Part shown: positions 37,780 to 51,300 of the stretch, in pieces
How the letters are laid out: the number at the start of each line of letters is the position of its first letter
How positions within the stretch are numbered: the stretch's first letter is position 1
NCBI GenBank assembly: GCA_043228905.1
Contig: JBHGNT010000011.1
Coordinates: forward strand, 16,740,001 to 16,804,000
Length of the DNA: 64,000 bases
Direction: 5' to 3'
DNA from: Azolla caroliniana
Lineage: Eukaryota; Plantae; Polypodiophyta
The notes under the pieces: generated by a model
What the model saw: only the letters and a program-made list of their open reading frames with translations
Databases searched by the model: none
Told to the model about the DNA's origin: nothing
Translations under genes and position numbers: made by a program

Positions 37780-40700
37780 TTCTTCTGTAATATTCCAGTT
37801 TATTATGTTAAGTACAATTTCAGTGAATTGAATCTCTCCCTTACATTCATCATGTCAATAAAAAATATCTGACAGCTTGCTCTGACAATATGATTTGGAT
37901 AACTAAAACTGGACTACCTATGCATTTTCATTATTCCTAAACCTGAAACTCATAATGCCCACATTCTCTATATACATGGTTCGAGAAATACTTTATATTT
38001 TGCACACAGAACAGCAGGTGAGCTTATGTTAGGAATGCATCTGCATGACTCCAATAATTTACAGGGATGGGGAAATAAATTATTAGGTTGCAACAGGACA
38101 ATGGATATCAACCAGGAAAGTGGATGATTTGCTATGGATGATAGTTTTATAAAAAAATTATTATATGATATTGGGATAAATATATATTATGCCTTTCTAT
38201 GTACAAGAAAATTATGGTTTCATAATCATTTACAAGGAAAAAAAATAATGATATCATTTACCTCAGAAGCATGGACATGCATCTTTGAGAGTTGTACACC
38301 TTCTAAGATGTTGTTTGTTAACAGCAAGACAATGAACCATACAAATATATGCTTACAGCATACAAAACTAAAGATTTTAAATATATTAACCTTCATGTAC
38401 GTGTGTATAATGTTTTAGATATCTAAGAAGCTCTAATATCATAAGACAGATTGTAGTAAATGCAAAGAAGAAAAAACATAGAGTGAACCTCAACTATAGT
38501 CTAGGGGTCAAACATATGTAAAAGAACAAGATATAAGCTTGTGTGGAGGCTGACAAGTATCTCCACTAGGTATTATGGCAGTAATAAAATTTGGTTTACC
38601 TTCATTATCATTACAGAAATAACTATTAAATTAATTTACAAAAACTCTGAAATATACAACAACTTGTTCATATGTTTGCTTCCATTAAGTCAACGAAGAT
38701 GTGGCAGATACAATAGGGCATTATCAAGATAATTGTGCATCCTTCCATGGTTTTATATACCAACTACAATCCGTTGAAATATTTTGTTTTCTAATCATGG
38801 TCCTCCCATATTTTGACATTTCATGTCCATTTGATTCTTACCAAGATTCAAGAGAAAATACATTTTGGGATAGGATTTCATGTTGTGTGCAAAAGCTTTG
38901 TGGCCAGGCCGCTGACCATATAGGGCATGTGGTAAACAGAAATTGCCTACCATAGGTTTCTAAATAATCCCAACAATAATTAAATAATTAGCTATAAATA
39001 TAAAGTGTTGTTTTCACCTTAGGCAAGTAAACCTGTTCAAGACATCTACCAAAATACCAATGTCATAGTAATCACATGTCTATTCTGTTACTCTCTACAT
39101 CATAATTCAAATAGCCAGATGGTGGGATATCTTGATTGATTTCTTGAATATTAGGTTATGATCTAGGCTCATAGGGCATGGGCATTGGGATTTTTTTTTT
39201 CAACAATCTTGAGCTTTAGAAAATTCTCCATTGTCTTTAAGCAATGTGCCACAATATGGACTTCGAAGAACTGATGTTAGAAAAAATGGCGAACTCAAAG
39301 ATTTGTTTTCAAAATGCTGCAAACGAAAAGCCCTTCACAAAGATATTTATAAATATTATGGATATTTTTGAGAATCAGAAAAAAAACAATTCAGGGTCCT
39401 TCTCCAAATGTGAAACTTCATAATGAATTGCAAAGCTTCATGAGGGACACTACCTTGGTGGATTCAAAGTCTAAGAAGTCCATATATGTACACACAATAC
39501 ACATACATATATCAACACACAAACACACACATATATACATGCATACACATACATCTACACATATAAATACATGAATACGCATGCATCCATACAGGCATAA
39601 ATACATGCATACACATTTTTGCATATAAATATCCAATATGCATAAGGAGATAGCAAAGTACAGATCTTATATGAAAAGAAAAGGAAATCTTTATTGAGAG
39701 ACAGAAAGACAGACAGAGTTCAGTGAGTAACCCGGAGAGAACCTGAGAAGATTAAGGCCGCCCTCTCTTCCTGAATCTACCAAACCACAAAATCTCTTTC
39801 CTTCAAGGAGGTCGTTGAAAGACAAGCTCCCTCTCTCTCTCTCTCTTTCTCTCTATCTCTCTCTCTCTCTCTCCCTCTCTCAAAAGAGCTTCATAAAATG
39901 GGTCGTCGTAACTTTGATTTCAATCTTTTTTTCTGAGTGTTTGTTTGGTTGCTGAAAGGATGATGATTGACTCCCATTTCACCCATCACCATCACCATCA
40001 CCATCACCATCATGACCCCCAACTCCATTCCAATCCCTAGCTATGGCTATGGTAGGGTAGGATTGGGGGCACAGGTTCGATTCACACTCACCGCATCACA
40101 ATACAAATGCTCGCCTACACCATTTACCGACTCGACAATGGACGACAGACATACCCATTCTATATCGTGGGGGACACACCACTTGCCTCATGCCCTCCTT
40201 CCTACCTACCTCTCCAGCCGATACGGGCATCCTCAGAGGGGGTCATTTATGTACTTGACCGCCACCCCTGCCACGTACCACGCGAAGAAACGCTCGTGAG
40301 AGCCTCGAGGGGGGGACCCCGGATCTCTACTCGAATGTCACGGAATGCACGGGGACTCGTAAATTAGGTAATATTGTATGTACGCCACGAATATTGATTG
40401 AGTTATACTAAATCTGGCATCGATGGGCCAATAGCTTAACGTTTGTCTCATGTTATGCATAGTCGATAACGCATAATAAGAACATGCCTTTGGTGCTTGT
40501 TGTTGGTTGTTGGACACTTGACTTGTGATTACGGCCGACAAGGCTAATTTTGTAAATAAACTATAAAGAGTGCATCAATACTTACATCACTTATGGTAGT
40601 ATATCAATACACTTACATTAGAAAGGGAACAACAATGACTAAGAAGTGAATGTATGTGCTAGCGCGCGCAAACACACTTGACTATACTTCAAATTATATT

Positions 40701-41539
40701 TTTACAAACCATATTAAAAAACCTCTTAAAGGGAAGAGAGAAACATAAGTAAGATAACAAGTTGATACCATTAAAAATTGTTGCATTCTTTATCCTACCT
40801 ATAAGTGACCTCGTCTTGCAATGCGTGACTAGTCAGATGGTTTCAGCTTGATGGGAGTGTCTCACTCGGATTCGTAGACAATGTCATTTCTATCTCCACT
40901 GTTTGTTCCTACTATGAATGTATATACATACCTTCATATTTCATTGTTATTCAAGAGTCATTAATGCATTAAGTGTGGTGCCCTAGAGCATCCATTAATA
41001 TGTTAATGTTGGCATTATAGTGTTGTTTTCTCGAGTAAGTAAGAGTCTTGAGTTAATCGCCTGTGATAGACAATAACAATAGGAATTAGAAAATATAATA
41101 CCAACATATGATGTTAAATATAATATGTAAAATATGATAGTTCACAATTGGGAGGAAGTAACATATGTGTGAATTTTTTTGTAGAGGTATTACAATTACT
41201 ATGAGATATCCCTTTAATTCTTGGTGACTATGTAACTTTATGGCATCAACCTTAATGGTGACTTTATAATATATATTATGGTGATACAAATGTGACATGC
41301 CATGACTGAATGCCTTACATGAATTGTGGCAGATGTCATGATGGTAACATGATGGCAATCAACTTGATTACCATGAAAATGGTGGGTCTGGTGTTTCACA
41401 AATTAATGAAAAAAATACAGAGATACAAAATGAAAGAGAGAAAGATGAACAAATATATCGGTGACCAACAATTTATTGTGAATGATTATGGAAAATTCGA
41501 GGAATGCACATACAGTTACTTTGACTAGAGCAGAGCATG

Positions 41540-42760
41540 AATCAAGGTGATTGAAACAAGGATTAGGTAGAGGCCTCTGTTGCAACTCATGTGCTCCTTA
41601 TAGAGTGAGGTCTAACCCTAGAATATATCCTAAGGTTGCTTTATATCATAGGTTGTTTGTTCCAATGTCTAATCCATCTACCATATGCAATGCACCTCCC
41701 TTTCCATTGCCCACATATGTGAGGGTTGTTGGTGCTTGTTCCCAACCCCAGATTGTCCCTCCCATGCATTTTATTCACATCAATTGCAACATCCATCTCC
41801 GTCTTTGGTATAAAGAACTTTCCTCTTTCATCTTTGCGTGAACACATCGTGGAGCCTTTAGTCTTCCCATGGGTGATGTTTATTCTCGAGGATTCAATTG
41901 CAATTGCTTAATATGCAATTCTTTTTAGGGATAAAATCTCATTACACGTTTTATATTTTCGTGTAAGAACTATCGTATTTGTTAATGCTTGATTTTGTCC
42001 CACACCACTTGGCTAGCTAATAGTGTCTAGGAATCTCTCATTAATCTTTCCACATTTATATTGTTTCGTTTAAATCAAAATTACCTTAATATTGTTGTCC
42101 ATGTTTATATTCTCCTTCAACAACTAATGCACTAGGGTGACAATGCCCTTCCAAAGTTTAGAGACAAGGTAAGGTCCATATATTGTTGGGCATTGGTGGA
42201 TAGAAAGACCTTTGTGCGTCTCAAATGTCCTAAAGCCTCTAAGATTCAATATGATCCATATGGAAAGGCACCAAAATGGAAATGAAAATCGACAATTTGT
42301 GTGTGATCCGTGCACCTCACGTAAGAAACCTCTATATATCGATGAAGTTATTCCTTCCCTTGATGTTGTTTGCAGAATCTGAACAGACGTATTCCCTCTT
42401 GGTGGAGAACCGCGCTAGGGTAGTTGTCAAATACCCTCGAGCCTCACACTCGCTTAACGATTACATGTGATTAATGCTTATGTCTCTCTCACACTCACTC
42501 TCTTAGACAAGTAAAAATCAAGAATATTTTATTAAACCCTTTTCCTAAGAGGTCTAGCATCAACAAGGAAGAGAGATTAGTGTTGATCTACTTAACACTA
42601 TCAGTAATCTCTCTTAAGCTTATGATTACAAGAAAGAAGAAAGGAAGCTTCGAGCTCTAATCACTTAAGAGAACTTACAAAATGAGGAACCCTTACAAAG
42701 ACATCCTTGTGTGGTTTATGTAGGTTTTACATAGTGGGTGTGACCATTTCACACTTGGCT
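41540..42760 (-). mobile_element. Highly degenerate LTR-retrotransposon-like remnant
   Basis: Broken ORF remnants and LTR-like composition. No clean motif was confirmed. Confidence 0.3.
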
Positions 42761-45053
42761 GCCCATTGGCTTATCTTTCCTTTGTTGGTTCTTACTACAT
42801 CCCCTTCATGTGTTCATTTAGTTGCTCGGTAACCTTGTTGATGCGCTATTCTTCATGACCAAGACTTGATGCCTTCCAATTGCTTAACAAACAACTCAAA
42901 CAAGGTATCCTCTCTCCACACACTATAACATAAGTTAACAGAATGGACTCCCTCATCAACACAAACAACATGTGAAGCAACTTCCATATTATCACAAAAG
43001 AACCCCCCAAATTCTTCTAAGTTGAGTTTTGATTTTTTGCTTCTTTTTGTACACCTATTTGTGAGCATTTGCATTGTCACACCAAGGAAGTGTAAATGCA
43101 ACAAAAAAACACAATTGATGAGACCCTACATACATTTTGAGATTGAGCACATGGCAAATGTATATCGATCCATATGAATGCCGATAGCAATCGTTGCAAG
43201 ATTCATCATCACCATTAAGTGTTGCCGTCTATCTTGTGGGCATTGTCTTTTAAAGGAAAACCCTATTATTTTCACTCTTTATATATCACGAAAACATGAC
43301 AATGTCAATGTCGCAAAAGTTTATTTCTTATAGACATCCAATTGCATACCATCAAAACGTTTTTTTTATTACTCTAATGATCACAACATCGAGCCCCCCA
43401 TTGTTTGAGACTGGGGCCCATAACCTTAAGGGCAAAAGCACAAGCTTTACATCTACACAAAGCTTTACATCAGCTCTCGTTCTCTCGTGTACCCGAAAAG
43501 GCTGGACAAAGAGGCGTTCTAAAGGGCATCCTCCCTGTCCGTCTTGCTCTCCGTCTCTTCCTCTCGCTCTCATGCATTCCATGATCATCTTTGCTCAATT
43601 TTCTTCTTACATTCTTATAATGTCGCCAATGATGAAAACTCCCTATACACATGCGGTCCTTCTATTATGTTTATGTTATGGCCGCTCTCTCAGCGCTCGG
43701 GTCAGGGCTTTTTGTCCGGCCGCCGGGTGCATGCAGACCAAACATTATGTCTGTCCGTACACGCAGATATGGCCAAGTGGATCCTACAATTTCTTCCTCT
43801 TCCTCTTCTTGCTTGGTATTGCTTATGACTGTAGTATGTACAAATATGAATGGACTGAGATCTAGAAATTGATCCAATCGAGATACTACCCCCCCTTCCA
43901 TCCCTCCCCACCAACATCACTCACTCTTCTGGTAAACAAAAGGTAAGCCACCGCCAAACCCTGAACCAGATTGGAATCCTATTTAATGCTTCTCTGCCAG
44001 TTCATCATTGCTCTGCTTTGATTTGAGTTTTCTAGGGCCAAGAAATGTATGTTAATTCTTTACACATGCAAATAATATGTATTTTGCAATTACTTCATAT
44101 CATTGCATGTCTATAACAACATTATGTCAGCATTCACTGTAGACTTGCCGAAAGATACTAAATGTTTCTTTGGGCAGCTTAGTCATATTTTCCGTAATCT
44201 GTAATTGGATCACATGGATTCAATACTGGGTTGAAAATGCTGAATAAAATACGTTCACACAGAAAAAAAAATGGAGATCCTTTGGCAATTTTGTGTTTCT
44301 TATTTCTTGAACTATTTTAAGGTCCAAAGTTTTGAAATGCTCTTTGGTATCAGGTCCCACAAATCCAGTTTAGCAAGAAAATGTGATTGCTTTGAATGAA
44401 ATCTATTCACACTGAATAAATTTTAGTTTTTTCTCATGGATTTGTTAGGCCCACCCTGGAGTGGGTTTGTTTTCTTTCAACGAACATTTTGACTATCTTT
44501 GAATGATCATCAAAGGTTGTTTAGAAGTTCTTTTAGTTTATTTAATTGAATGAAATTTTGGGGATTGTGGACTATCTGGATAGCATGATTTAGTTTTATT
44601 CCTCTAGCTACTTTTTAATAAAAATTTCTCAGATGGGTGACATTTTGGGCATTGTGGCCTTTATCTTGATATCTCAAATCAGTCCCATATAAATAAAATT
44701 TGAATTGAATTCATGTTCTTCAAATGATTAATGAATGGATTTGTAAGGCTTGTTAGGAAAAAAAAATCTGACTTTTTGGCTTTTGCGGTATAAATAATAT
44801 CTCTCAAAGGCCATGTGATCAAGATGTTTTCAACCAATCATGTCTGAATGAGTTCATGTTTTTTAGACAATCTCATACACTCTGAATGATCTCTTTTATG
44901 ATTTTCTACAGTTATATGACCTTACAGTAGACAATCTTCAAATTACCTTTGACAGCTTTTTGAGCACCATATTGTTCACCAGGTACTGTGTAGAGTAATA
45001 ATCTGTGTGGATTTTCGCACCATATTGAGGTTTCCCACCATGCCAAACTGTGA

Positions 45054-45270
45054 AGAAGAAACAAAACCCATCTGGAATGTACAATCCACATATGATTTAG
45101 TGCTTTAAACAGATTTTACTGGTGACAAAGAAGAAACAAAACTCAGCTGTAATGTACAGTCCACTTATGAATTAGTGCTTCAAACAGATTTTAATGGTGA
45201 AAAGAAGAAACGAAACCCTTCTGTTATGTACAATCTGCATATAATTAGTGCTTCAAACAGATTTTAGTGT
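45054..45270 (+). repeat. Three ~70-bp tandem repeats in the probable 5' UTR intron of the oxidoreductase gene
   Basis: AAGAAGAAAC...GTACA...TAGTGCTT(T/C)AAACAGATTTTA occurs three times. Confidence 0.8.
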
Positions 45271-45669
45271 TTTCATGTTTACACAAACAGTTGTGAATAT
45301 TGGAAGATTTTGCATGACATGAAAATTATATGCAAATTCAACTCTAGTTTCAAGACCTATCATATTCATATGATTTTGAAGGTGCTATTTAAAGATCTGA
45401 TCAGATGTAATACACGTGTTAGTTACCATGTTTATCTTCAATGTTTTTTTAATCAAATATGATGGAACATTTGTCCAAGATATCTTCATTGACTTGAACA
45501 AATATTCATGATTAGGGCTAATTAATTTGATGAAGAAAACTGGTTCATAATTACATGCACAATATTATTTTTAACGATCATTTGATCAAGGAACTGAGAA
45601 AGGGTGACATTAGAGTACATGACATTAGATGTAGGAGAATTGACAAAAGTAAATGCTTGGTTGTGGGCG

Positions 45670-47240
45670 GAGAGAGAGGAGAAAGAAAGATATATTAACG
45701 GCCAAAATTGGCCCATGAGACAATTGGTGTACAACAAAATGGGGTATTTATCCAATCATCAAAACTAAAAAAATAAAATAAAAATAGAACTTAAGCTAAA
45801 AGAGTTCTAGTATTGTACAAAACATGGTATGGTGTAACACATTCGATAAAGGAAATGACTTTGCACTAATCCTAATTTCATTTCCACCCAAGCCTCTCGA
45901 AAAGAAGTGGGAGGTCAAAAGGGTTTCGGTGTGGGTGTGACTCGTGGTGTTGGTGTAGAGAGTGCCCCAGCCATGGCTTCTAGGTGGAATAGCTCACGTT
46001 CCCTTATTTTCTTAATTGCTTCTACACCACGTCAAGTTGCTTTGAAACCCGACATCCGAGGGCGTTTGGTTCTTCTTTGGTTTTTTGCTTCATCAAGGAA
46101 GAGGCCAAGTGGTGCAGGTGTTTCGACATTCGTTGTCTCCCCCTGTCCTTGAAAAACTTCATTTGTTACATGTTGGTGAATATTAGAAACATTATTGTCA
46201 ACATTTTGTAGTTTATTCTCTTTGTGTTGTTTTAGCTCTAGGATATATCTGCCTAATTTCTTTATATCTAGAGTATCTAATAGTTTGGGGAGGGTGGGAG
46301 AGGAACCGAGTATGTCTTAGTATTTTGCCCTTATCTTGGCGTAAGTTGGACACTTGCATGTAAAGTGGTACTCATCCTCTATCTCTATGTGCATAGTCTA
46401 CATATCCTTTCCTCCCTAGGGACTCCATTAGTACGATCATTGTCAATCTCAAGTTGGTGAGATGATATTCTAAGTTGTCCAATGGCAACCCTTAGTGCAT
46501 TTGGTAAGAATGCATCTAGATATTTTTGCCGTGTAATAAAACGTAACTTAGAGAAGTGCATGAAGTGTTCCTTATAGTACAACATTTTAGATGGGAGTGG
46601 CTCTAGTGGGGTGATCCATTTATACCGAGTGTAAATTTGCCATATTTCTTGGCGTATTACTTTATTACTTTATTATCAATCACGTGGTTGTACCTAAGGG
46701 GAGGTAGGTTATTAATGTCTAGACCGTTCGCAAGAAGCCAACTCACCATCATGCCATACTATGAGCTAGTATAGCCGGACTCATACAGTGATCGAGAGGC
46801 CTCAAAGGCTTGATGAGATATCCTATCATGTGGTTGGCTATGTATCCCATGAATAAAGACTACAAGTTGAAAAAGTACCTCTACTAACATCAGGGGTAAA
46901 GTGAACCCCGCTCTAATAATGTCATGTGGTATTGTCGATTTGCTTCGGAGTTGGCGTGATAACATCATCACCAATGGTCTATCTAATTGCGTCCACATGA
47001 AAGATGGTAGCCCTGGAGCCCAAACTACTGATGCATACATGAGGGAGGGGGTCACTAATAAGTCAAAGAGCCACCCCTTAGTCTGTGGCTCTTGAAAGTA
47101 TGCTTGGTGGCATTGTCTCTCTAGGAGTTAGAGGGATGCATGTCCTCTCGTAAGTCTATCCTTCGTTGCTTGTGTCATCGAAAATTTACCTGAGCGGGCA
47201 CTGAAAGTGACTCCGAGATAGACATATGATCCAACTACCT
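45670..47240 (-). mobile_element. 5'-truncated LINE (family A)
   Basis: TPSLMYASVVWAPG..., ALRVAIGQLRISSHQLEID...ERICRLC; collinear with 6968-8250. Confidence 0.85.
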
Positions 47241-47244
47241 ACAT

Positions 47245-47670
47245 AGAGAGAGATTAACATCTTTTAGGAGGCCAAAATGGGCTATAAGTCCAAACATGCG
47301 GTCACATCTTAAGTGTTGTCTCGTCTTTGAGAACAACAAGTTAAAATAAAATAAATATTACCAAGTAAATATAAAAGTAAATAAGATAAAAAGAGACTAA
47401 AGAATCCGGCTTTTAGCTCAAGTTAGATATATTATAGCTCTTGTCTTTGAATGATCTCTAGCATATTTCAATCCAGAATGGAGAGGTCTCTGAAGCGAAG
47501 GAAGCACTTGCATTGGCGGGAGATAATGACCTTTATCTGTCGATGACAAGGGTGGTGAGGTCATGGTCTGTGGAGCTGGGGCCTACGTGCACAACAATTG
47601 CTATTGCCCTATCTATTGTAACCCCTTCGTTTTGTCCTGGTCAGGAGCCCATTTGTGTAGCCCTAGATTG
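47245..47670 (-). mobile_element. LINE 3' fragment (subfamily B), head-to-tail with the family A copy
   Basis: Collinear with about 28725-29160; ends in the same terminal motif plus a (CT)n tail. Confidence 0.8.
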
Positions 47671-48381
47671 ATTTGTATAAATAGATAGATTTTATTATTG
47701 TCTTCGGAGATCGACTATGATCTATGAGACCAAAAAGATTACATTTCACATAATACATGTGAAAGTGAGTAATGACTCTCGATTTTCAAGAACTTTACCA
47801 ATGAATGTTGCAATTGAGAGTCACATTGTAAATAAATTTGTGCAAGGATTGGTCTTGGTTGAAGATGTGTGGAAAGCATGGTCGAATATGATCAAAGGTA
47901 GATCATTGTATCAAAGTGTGATACTTAGATTCTTGAACTTTTTTAGGGCAAAGTATGCATATTTGACCACTTTCATCACTTGTGCCCCAACGCCCTGTCT
48001 CACATTGCAATGCATGTGAGCTAAGTCACATGGAAGCAATGGTTTGAATGCCTGACAACGAGATGGGCTCTAACATGTATTGATGTGTACGGTTTCCTTG
48101 TTCGGTGAAGAATATGGTTTTGTAGTTAGGTGCAACATGTGTAGTATAATGTGTGAAGCGTAAAATACGTTAATTTTATTTATGGCAATGCAAGAAGAAT
48201 GTATGATAGTTCAAAGATCTGCATGGTTCAAAATGTTTTTGTGCTGTCCCGTTTTCTCAAATTCTAAATGTTTTGTTCTTATTTAAGAGCATCACAGAAA
48301 TATAAGTAGCTAATATTTATGATTGCAGGGATCTTCTGTATTTTCTGAAACTTACATTGTTTTCAGATAGACCACGGCACG

Positions 48382-51300
48382 ATGCCAGGGGAGATGGGAG
48401 AGTTGCCCAACTTGGCTCTGATTGGAGCTGGCTTATTTGTTCGGGGTCAGTATATTCCAAGGCTGCGTCAGGCTGTACACTTACTAACCTTAAAGATCAT
48501 TTGGAGCCGAACTGAGGTTATCATATAAAAAGTTCATATCATTGTTTTATTATTAATTTTTATTGTCTTGAACTTTAGACTTACAATTTGACGTAAAGAT
48601 TGATTATGTGATTGGTATCAATGCCTAATTGACTGTTCCAATTACCAAATGAGCTGTAGACATGTCCAGTTTCCATTGCTGAACAACAATTTAATGTTTG
48701 GCAACCACACAATAGAAAAATTTTGCCATTTTACAGGGAAGACAGTCTAAAACAATGTATAAGTTGAAGATATTTAATTCAATATATCGATTCACTTATC
48801 CAGAGGGGTGAATATGCAGTATTGAAAAGAGAAAATGCATTGTATGTTTTTTGAATCCAATGAGTCATTTTGCCTACTATGGACATTAACACTTCATTAA
48901 GATTCTTACATTATATTTTTATTTACCTATTTATCCATTTATGTATTGTGTGTATGCATGTTCTGTGTTCTCTTTGTTGAATCTAACTCAATATATCACA
49001 AAAAATATGTAATTCAAGGTGTTTTTGCAGTTCAGTCTGCCATCAGAATATGTGATTCTGATGAACTCTTTACATACGATTAATATAAATCTGCCTTTTT
49101 GTGAAAAAAGAACAACTGTGATGTACAATACATACATGAATATTCATGTTCTCTGCAAACACTTATTAAAAATTCAAAACATTTAATATATCTCGAGTCT
49201 TATATGGAGGAGCAACAACATGTTCCTTCTGAAATTGATTTGCTTTTACTCAAAGGAGAATTGTTTTGAAAGGTAATCTTAGAACTGCCACACATGTGGA
49301 TGTAAATATCTGCATAATTTCCATGTGAAGTCTATGAAGGAATTTGAATGGAATTATTTAGTGGCAATGGTCAGTTTTCTCTTTTGTCTTTGCTCAACTG
49401 GATGTGTTTGTATGAACTTTCTATCACATGAACAATTTGCAAGAATCAGGAACCTTTGAAAAATTTACAAAGAAAAGATGATAAGATATGGTAGACATGA
49501 CCTTTCATTTAAGTATTATCTTTTCATTCTCCTATGTCAAGTGTGAGTTATCTTATATTGATGTAGCAAGCTGCAAAATCAGCTGTAGAGCTTGTGAAGG
49601 ACTTCGCACCAAGTGCCGAAGCCAAGTGGGGTGTTGATGGTTTGAATGATATCTTTGAGGATAAGTCAATACATGGTGTTGCTGTAGTGGTTGCTGCACA
49701 AGCACAGGTTATTTTCTATGTAACTGCTGGTCAATGTCTTTTACCATATTCTTCCGCTTCCAATAGTTGCTGATAAGATTATGTATTTAACCTATTCAAC
49801 AATGGTTCATATATTTGTATATACATACTCATTTCCATGATCCTTGTAGCTTTATTAAAGATCATGCTTTGTCCCTAGGTTGAAATCACACTACAGGCGT
49901 TGAGATCAGGAAAACATGTTTTACAAGGTAAAGTTTCTGAAATCCATTACATACTTCCCTAAAGGTATTTAAGATTTGCTTTTCATTGTGAATCACTAAA
50001 CAATGATGTACTTTACTTGGCACATGTGTGTTCATGTTCATGCTTTTGCACCTGAAGAAAAGCCAGCAAGTTCAAGTAAGTCATTTCCATTTCAGTGAGG
50101 TTTTTTTCATACAATGTAATTGTTATCGTGCTTTGATTATCACACAAACAGAAAGCATGTATGTTATTCTCAAAAATAACACAATGCTAATACATTGGTA
50201 TCCCATAGGATGGAAAATCTTCAAAATACCCCAAACAGGTGCTAGTATATATGGATACTAGCACAATGTAATTGTCATCATGCTTTAATTATCATACAAA
50301 CAGAAAGCATTTATGTTATTCTCAAAAATAATACAATGCTAATACATTGGTATCCTGTAGGATGGAAAATCTTCAAAATGCCCCAAACAAGTGTTAATGG
50401 CAACATTGTAAAACCCATACTGTGTCCAAGGGAGTGCGAGACAATGTCCATAGGAAAACAGATTGATAACACTAAAAACAAATACTGTGTCCAAGGGAAA
50501 ATCATTATATTGATAATAGATCTACCAAGCAGATCACAGGGATAGCCTAGGGAAATCACAAAATAGGCCTACCAACATAACACAAAACCAAGGGTAGATG
50601 CATGTATACTATGAGCACAGGAAATGTACAACTTTGTTTGCTTGACATACCATTTGCTTATTTCGCCATAAGAACCATCTGTATCTATTTCACATGATAT
50701 TCATGCTACGTGTATATATTTGTTATCTGGCAATTGGGTGGCCTATGTATGACACAACTTATCTTTTTCATAGTTACATATTATTGAGTTGCTATTGCTA
50801 GAAAAAGATTGATGAAACCATGTACATGGTGTTTGCAATGCATCTTGTCAACAGGTCAAGTAAAATCTTAGTGATGGTAGTGATAGTTTGATTAGGAGCC
50901 ATTCCCATTCTTTCTCATGCCACAATAATTATTGTGCAACTGCAAGGGAAGATGGATGTTTTCAGAAATGGGTTTGAAGTTTCTCAAAATTGAGTAATTT
51001 TAGTACACAAACACAAAGGATTCCAATATTACAATCACTAGTGTTTTCTATACATCTTTTTAATGCATGAGTAATACAGTCAGAACTGGTAAAGGGTTTT
51101 GGATGAAATTGAGATGTGAATGAAAGAGTCATAAAACCATTAACAGTTTTTATTTTTATCTTCATTCACACCCCTTTTTTCTGCAAAATCCAGGTGTTTC
51201 AGAAGCATTGGAAGCTCTATCACTGTACAACGCTCTTCATTCCACCAATGTATCTGCTCCCATATGGGCCGTTGCTGAGAATTATCGATTTGAACCTGGG

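Noticed and set aside
38262-38302. Extra N-terminal coding exon of PP2C
   Set aside because: Splice sites are plausible, but its ATG frame does not match the next exon; probably 5' UTR, unresolved.
43296-43920. Several overlapping 60-190-aa ORFs
   Set aside because: No recognisable motifs; they lie in the GC-richer probable promoter/5' leader of the oxidoreductase gene.
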